From positions 736,001-800,000 of the forward strand of contig OZ219856.1 in NCBI GenBank assembly GCA_964291395.2: a stretch of 64,000 bases of DNA, in the 5' to 3' direction. This DNA is from Alphaproteobacteria bacterium. Lineage in GTDB: Bacteria; Pseudomonadota; Alphaproteobacteria; UBA2966. The position numbers and the translations under genes were made by a program. Positions within the stretch are counted from its first letter, which is position 1. Each line of letters opens with the position of its first letter. Positions 59,816 through 64,000 of the stretch are shown here, piece after piece. Under the pieces are notes generated by a model, which was not told where the DNA came from, made no database searches, and worked only from the letters and a program-made list of their open reading frames with translations.

Positions 59816-61174
59816 ATGTCAGACACTAGCATCCACGATCTGGTCAGGGTCGACGACGGGCTGATCAGCCGCAGGATCTTCGTCGATCCCGACATCTATC
59901 GGACCGAGCTGGAGAACATCTTCGCCAGGTGCTGGCTCTTTCTCGCGCACGAAAGCCAGATCCCCGATCCGGGAGACTACACGACGAATTACATGGGCGA
60001 AGACCCGGTGCTGATCTGGCGGGGCCTGGACGGCAAGGTTCGCGCCTTCCTCAACTCGTGCCGTCACCGGGGTATGCGTGTCTGCCGTACCGACACCGGC
60101 AACGCCCGCCAGTTCGCCTGCCCGTTCCACGGCTGGACCTACGGCAGCAATGGCGAGCTCAAGACGGTGCCGAGCTTCGAAGACAGCTATTTCGGCGACC
60201 TCGACAAGGAGAACTGGGGCCTCCACGAGGTGCCGCGGCTTGCCAGCTACGGCGGGTTCATCTTCGGCAACTGGGACGAAGACGCCGAGAGCCTGGACGA
60301 CTACCTTGGAAATACGCGCTGGTACCTGGACATCGTGATAGAGCGGGCGATCGGCGGTATCGAGGTGTTTCCCGGGCAGCAGCGCTATTCCGTCGACGGC
60401 AACTGGAAGATCGCGTCGGAGACCTTCGTCGGCGACGGGTACCACATCCCCCAAAGCCACGGGTCGGCGTTCTCGCTCCCCGTTCGCCCACTCAACCCCG
60501 CCAATCCCTTCAGCGGCTACAGGGGCAAGCTGACCTACTACGACGTTGGCCTCGACAACGGCCACGGCTTCTCGCAGGCCACGCTGGCGGGGGAACGAAT
60601 CGAGGTGGACCGCATGGAGGCCGAGGAGATGGGCCCCGAGGTCGTCGAGTACGTCGAGGAGTGCTATGCCAGGCTGGTCAAGCTCTCGCAGGCCCAGGCG
60701 GACGTTTACGCGTGGACTTTCGGCAACCTGTTCCCCAACTTCTCGATCAATAACTTCAGCGCGCTCCGGCCGATTGGCCTCATGCTCTGGACTCCCAAGG
60801 GTCCGGGACGCCTCGAGGTCTGGCAGTGGGGCGCGACCGACAGGGATGCCCCCAAGATCCTGAAGGACCGGGTCCGTCACGATTTCATCCGCAATCAGGC
60901 GTCCGTGGGAGTCCTGGCGCAGGACGACACGGAGAACTTCGAGCAGGTGACGGCGTCGACCGCCGGGGTCGTCGCCCAGCGTCTCGACTTCAACTACCAG
61001 ATGACCCTGAATCGGGGCCCGGTCTCGGGCTTCGACGAGTTCCCGGGATACATCTCCACCTATTGCTCGGAGGAGAATCATCGCCGTTTCTACAGGCGCT
61101 ATGCCGAGCTGATGGACGGCGGGGAAGGCGCGCGGCAGGCTTATGAGGGACCGCGGTTGGCCGCGCAGGGCTGA
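59816..61174 (+). CDS. Aromatic ring-hydroxylating Rieske dioxygenase alpha subunit
   Basis: CRHRG..CPFHGW Rieske; NWK..E.F.GDGYH..SH; QDD.EN. Confidence 0.95.
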   Translation: MSDTSIHDLVRVDDGLISRRIFVDPDIYRTELENIFARCWLFLAHESQIPDPGDYTTNYMGEDPVLIWRGLDGKVRAFLNSCRHRGMRVCRTDTGNARQFACPFHGWTYGSNGELKTVPSFEDSYFGDLDKENWGLHEVPRLASYGGFIFGNWDEDAESLDDYLGNTRWYLDIVIERAIGGIEVFPGQQRYSVDGNWKIASETFVGDGYHIPQSHGSAFSLPVRPLNPANPFSGYRGKLTYYDVGLDNGHGFSQATLAGERIEVDRMEAEEMGPEVVEYVEECYARLVKLSQAQADVYAWTFGNLFPNFSINNFSALRPIGLMLWTPKGPGRLEVWQWGATDRDAPKILKDRVRHDFIRNQASVGVLAQDDTENFEQVTASTAGVVAQRLDFNYQMTLNRGPVSGFDEFPGYISTYCSEENHRRFYRRYAELMDGGEGARQAYEGPRLAAQG

Positions 61175-61218
61175 CCGGCTCCGACCGGATGGACGGCGGA
61201 AGGGGGCGCCGCGGAATC

Positions 61219-61725
61219 ATGACGAGCCCGGACTTGCAGCACGAGGTCGAGCAGTTCCTTTATCGCGAGGTCCGCATGCTTGCGGAGGGTCGTTTCGAAG
61301 AGTGGCTCGATCTCTTCACCGAGGATTCGCGCTACCTGATGCCGATCCGTGAGACGACCGCCACGCGCGAGGAGTCTGAGCGCGGCGAGGAGTTCCTGCC
61401 GCACGTCGACGACGACAAGGATTTCATGCGGGCCCGCGTCCAGCGGCTGCGCCACCACTTGGCGCACGCGGAGCAGCCGCCCTCGCGGTTGCGCTACTTC
61501 GTCTCGAACATCGAGGTCGAGGACGCGGACGGCGGAGAGGCCGGTGATCTCGACGTGCGTTGCAATCTCATGGTCTATCAGTCGCGGCTCGAGCGGACGG
61601 AGAAGATCTTCGTCGGCCGGCGGGAGGACAGGCTGCGGTCCGAAAACGGAAGCTACCGGATCGCCGGCCGCACGGTCGTTCTCGACCAGTCGTTGCTCCC
61701 CCGGAGCATCACGATCTTCTTCTAG
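61219..61725 (+). CDS. Ring-hydroxylating dioxygenase beta subunit
   Basis: EQFLYRE..WLDLF..Y.MP..E.P.SR..G.RED.LR..LDQ. Confidence 0.93.
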   Translation: MTSPDLQHEVEQFLYREVRMLAEGRFEEWLDLFTEDSRYLMPIRETTATREESERGEEFLPHVDDDKDFMRARVQRLRHHLAHAEQPPSRLRYFVSNIEVEDADGGEAGDLDVRCNLMVYQSRLERTEKIFVGRREDRLRSENGSYRIAGRTVVLDQSLLPRSITIFF

Positions 61726-61753
61726 GCCGTCTCGCCCCGCCTCGCAGAATTCG

Positions 61754-63439
61754 GTGTCGGACACGAGCAGTCACGGTGGAGGTGCGGGCGCTCGGCCCGA
61801 GTGCGTCGATGTCGTCGTCGTCGGTGCGGGGTTTGCCGGCCTCTACGCTCTCTATGGCCTGCGCGAGCGCGGACTCGCCGCCCGCGGATTCGAGGCGGGC
61901 GGCGACGTCGGCGGCACTTGGTACTGGAACCGCTACCCCGGCGCCCGGGTCGACATCGAGAGCCTGCAGTACTGTTTCCACTTCTCCCCCGAGATCCGCG
62001 AGGAGTGGTTCTGGTCGGAGCGGTTCGCCTCCCAGCCGGAACTCCTCCGTTACTTCAACTACGTGGCCGACCGCTTCGACCTGCGCCGCGACATCGAGTT
62101 CAATACGCGGGTCGTCTCCGCGGTGTTCGACGACGTCACGAACCTGTGGACCGTCGGGACCGACAAGGGCGATACCGTCGAGGCGACCTATTGCATCATG
62201 GGGACGGGCCTCCTGTCGGCGCCTTACAGCCCCCCGTTTCCCGGTGTCGAGGACTTCCGGGGCGAGTGGTACCACAGCAGCAGATGGCCGCATGAGGAGG
62301 TCGACCTCTCGGGCAGGCGGGTGGGAGTCATCGGCACGGGCTCGACGGGTATCCAGATCGTTCAGACCATCGCGCCCGAGGTGGAACACTTGACCGTGTT
62401 TCAGCGCACGGCGAACTACACCACGCCGGGAATCAACCGGCCGCTCTCCAAGGAGGAACAGCGCGCGTTCAACTCCCGCCATGACGACTGGCTCGCGGAA
62501 GTGCATGGCATGTTCAGTGGCCAGACGAGCGAGTTTCCCGCCCCGACGAAGTCGGCGTTGGAGGATTCTGCCGAGGAACGCTGGCAGTGGCTCGACGAAC
62601 GGTGGGTGAGGGGCGGCCATCCGCAAACCCTTCTCTACGCCTACAACGACTTGATGGCCAACCGGGAATCGAACGACGCCCTGTGCGACTTCGTGCGGGC
62701 AAAGATCCGCTCCATCGTCAAGAACCCCGAGACCGCCGAGCTCTTGTGTCCGAAGGACCAGCCTATGGGAGCCAAGCGCGTCCCGCTCGAGTTCGGCTAC
62801 TTCGAAACCTTCAACCGGGACAACGTCACCCTCGTCGACGTGAAAAGCGCGCCGATCGAGCGCTTCACGGCGAGCGGACTGCGCACCGGAGGCGCGGAGT
62901 ACGAACTCGACGTCATCATCTTCGCGACGGGTTTCGATGCCATAACCGGCGCCATGTTGGCGATCGACATCCGGCGTGAGGGTGGTCCCGCCTTGGAGGA
63001 GCTCTGGGCCGACGGGCCGAAGAACTACCTCGGGCTCATGGTTGCGGGGCTGCCCAATCTCTTCGTCATCAATGGCCCCGGCAGCGCCGGGATCAAGGCC
63101 AACAACGTGCTGGGCGTCGAGCACGGCATCGAATGGGCCATGAATTGCCTCGACCACCTCGTCGCCAACGGCTTCGACCGCATCGAGGCGGTGGAGCAGG
63201 CCCAGGAGGAATGGATAGCGCATTCGAACGAGGTCGCCGAAGCGTCGTTGGTATCCAAGGCCGGCTCCTGGTACACCGGCGCCAACATCCCCGGCAAGCC
63301 CCGGGTCTACATGCCTTACTTCGGCGGGTGGGATCGCTACCTCAAGATCTGTGAAGAGGCTGTTGCGGACGGATATCGCGGGTTTTGCCTGTCGCGCACG
63401 AGCGGGAAGGCGGATAGGCCGACGATCGCCGCGCAGTAG
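61754..63439 (+). CDS. Baeyer-Villiger monooxygenase (CHMO-like)
   Basis: GAGFAG, GGTWYWNRYPG, FRGEWYHSSRWP, GTGSTG, ATG; GTG start. Confidence 0.93.
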   Translation: MSDTSSHGGGAGARPECVDVVVVGAGFAGLYALYGLRERGLAARGFEAGGDVGGTWYWNRYPGARVDIESLQYCFHFSPEIREEWFWSERFASQPELLRYFNYVADRFDLRRDIEFNTRVVSAVFDDVTNLWTVGTDKGDTVEATYCIMGTGLLSAPYSPPFPGVEDFRGEWYHSSRWPHEEVDLSGRRVGVIGTGSTGIQIVQTIAPEVEHLTVFQRTANYTTPGINRPLSKEEQRAFNSRHDDWLAEVHGMFSGQTSEFPAPTKSALEDSAEERWQWLDERWVRGGHPQTLLYAYNDLMANRESNDALCDFVRAKIRSIVKNPETAELLCPKDQPMGAKRVPLEFGYFETFNRDNVTLVDVKSAPIERFTASGLRTGGAEYELDVIIFATGFDAITGAMLAIDIRREGGPALEELWADGPKNYLGLMVAGLPNLFVINGPGSAGIKANNVLGVEHGIEWAMNCLDHLVANGFDRIEAVEQAQEEWIAHSNEVAEASLVSKAGSWYTGANIPGKPRVYMPYFGGWDRYLKICEEAVADGYRGFCLSRTSGKADRPTIAAQ

Positions 63440-63475
63440 GGCGCACCTTGTTCAATGGGTCTCGGGAGATATTCC

Positions 63476-64000
63476 ATGTCAGACACGAGCATCCACGACG
63501 GCGATGCGGGCCCGGGACCCGAGCGCGTCGACGTCCTCGTCGTGGGCATGGGGTTCGCCGGCATGTACGTCCTTTACTGCGCGCGCCGGCGGGGCCTGAC
63601 GGCGCGCGCATTCGAAGCCGGCGGCGACGTCGGCGGCACCTGGTTCTGGAACCGCTATCCTGGCTGCCGAGTCGACGTCGACAGCGTACAGTACAGCTAC
63701 CATTTTTCGGGCGAACTCGCGAAGGAGTGGCGGTGGACGGAGAAATTCGCCGCCCAGCCGGAGCTTCTACGCTACTGCAACTACGTCGCCGACCGCTTCG
63801 ACCTGCGCCGGGACGCGAAGTTCAATACACGCGTCACCTCGGCCGTCTTCGACGACGGGACGAACCTGTGGACGCTCAGGACCGACAAGGGAGATGTCGC
63901 TTCGGCGCCGTACTGCATCATGGCGACGGGCAGCCTGTCGACGCCCTACAGGCCACCCTATCCCGGGATCGAGGACTTCCGCGGCGACTGGTATCACACC
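63476..64000 (+). CDS. Second Baeyer-Villiger monooxygenase, partial
   Basis: GMGFAG, GGTWFWNRYPG, FRGDWYHT; runs off window end. Confidence 0.9.
   Translation, partial: MSDTSIHDGDAGPGPERVDVLVVGMGFAGMYVLYCARRRGLTARAFEAGGDVGGTWFWNRYPGCRVDVDSVQYSYHFSGELAKEWRWTEKFAAQPELLRYCNYVADRFDLRRDAKFNTRVTSAVFDDGTNLWTLRTDKGDVASAPYCIMATGSLSTPYRPPYPGIEDFRGDWYHT

Overview
High-GC alphaproteobacterial chromosome segment (Rhodospirillales-like gene order). 1-29.5 kb is core and metabolic: partial TauE-type exporter, dapA-smpB, UDG, NYN, folK-rpoZ-spoT-DUF2062-pdxJ-acpS-lepB-rnc-era-recO-parC, a decayed MNT/HEPN pair, ate, penicillin acylase, a VapBC pair, two tandem dehydrogenases, a cobalamin riboswitch-controlled btuB-F-C-D-tonB operon and malate synthase. 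29.5-49.3 kb is a reduced Mu-like (B3/BcepMu-type layout, siphovirus tail) phage element. It keeps repressor, Mor activator, a late promoter, protease, capsid, neck and a whole tail, and ends in a 2OG-Fe(II) oxygenase plus an OB-fold-like gene. It has no transposase, terminase, portal or lysis genes and carries about 10 small indels. 49.3-64 kb is accessory host DNA: GFA, PhoX with Pho-box-like repeats, a RHH/ParE TA pair, STAS, otsA-GH15, a CoA transferase, LysR, and a Rieske dioxygenase plus two Baeyer-Villiger monooxygenases that share a near-identical N-terminal peptide. All calls come from reading the sequence and recalling motifs; no searches were run.
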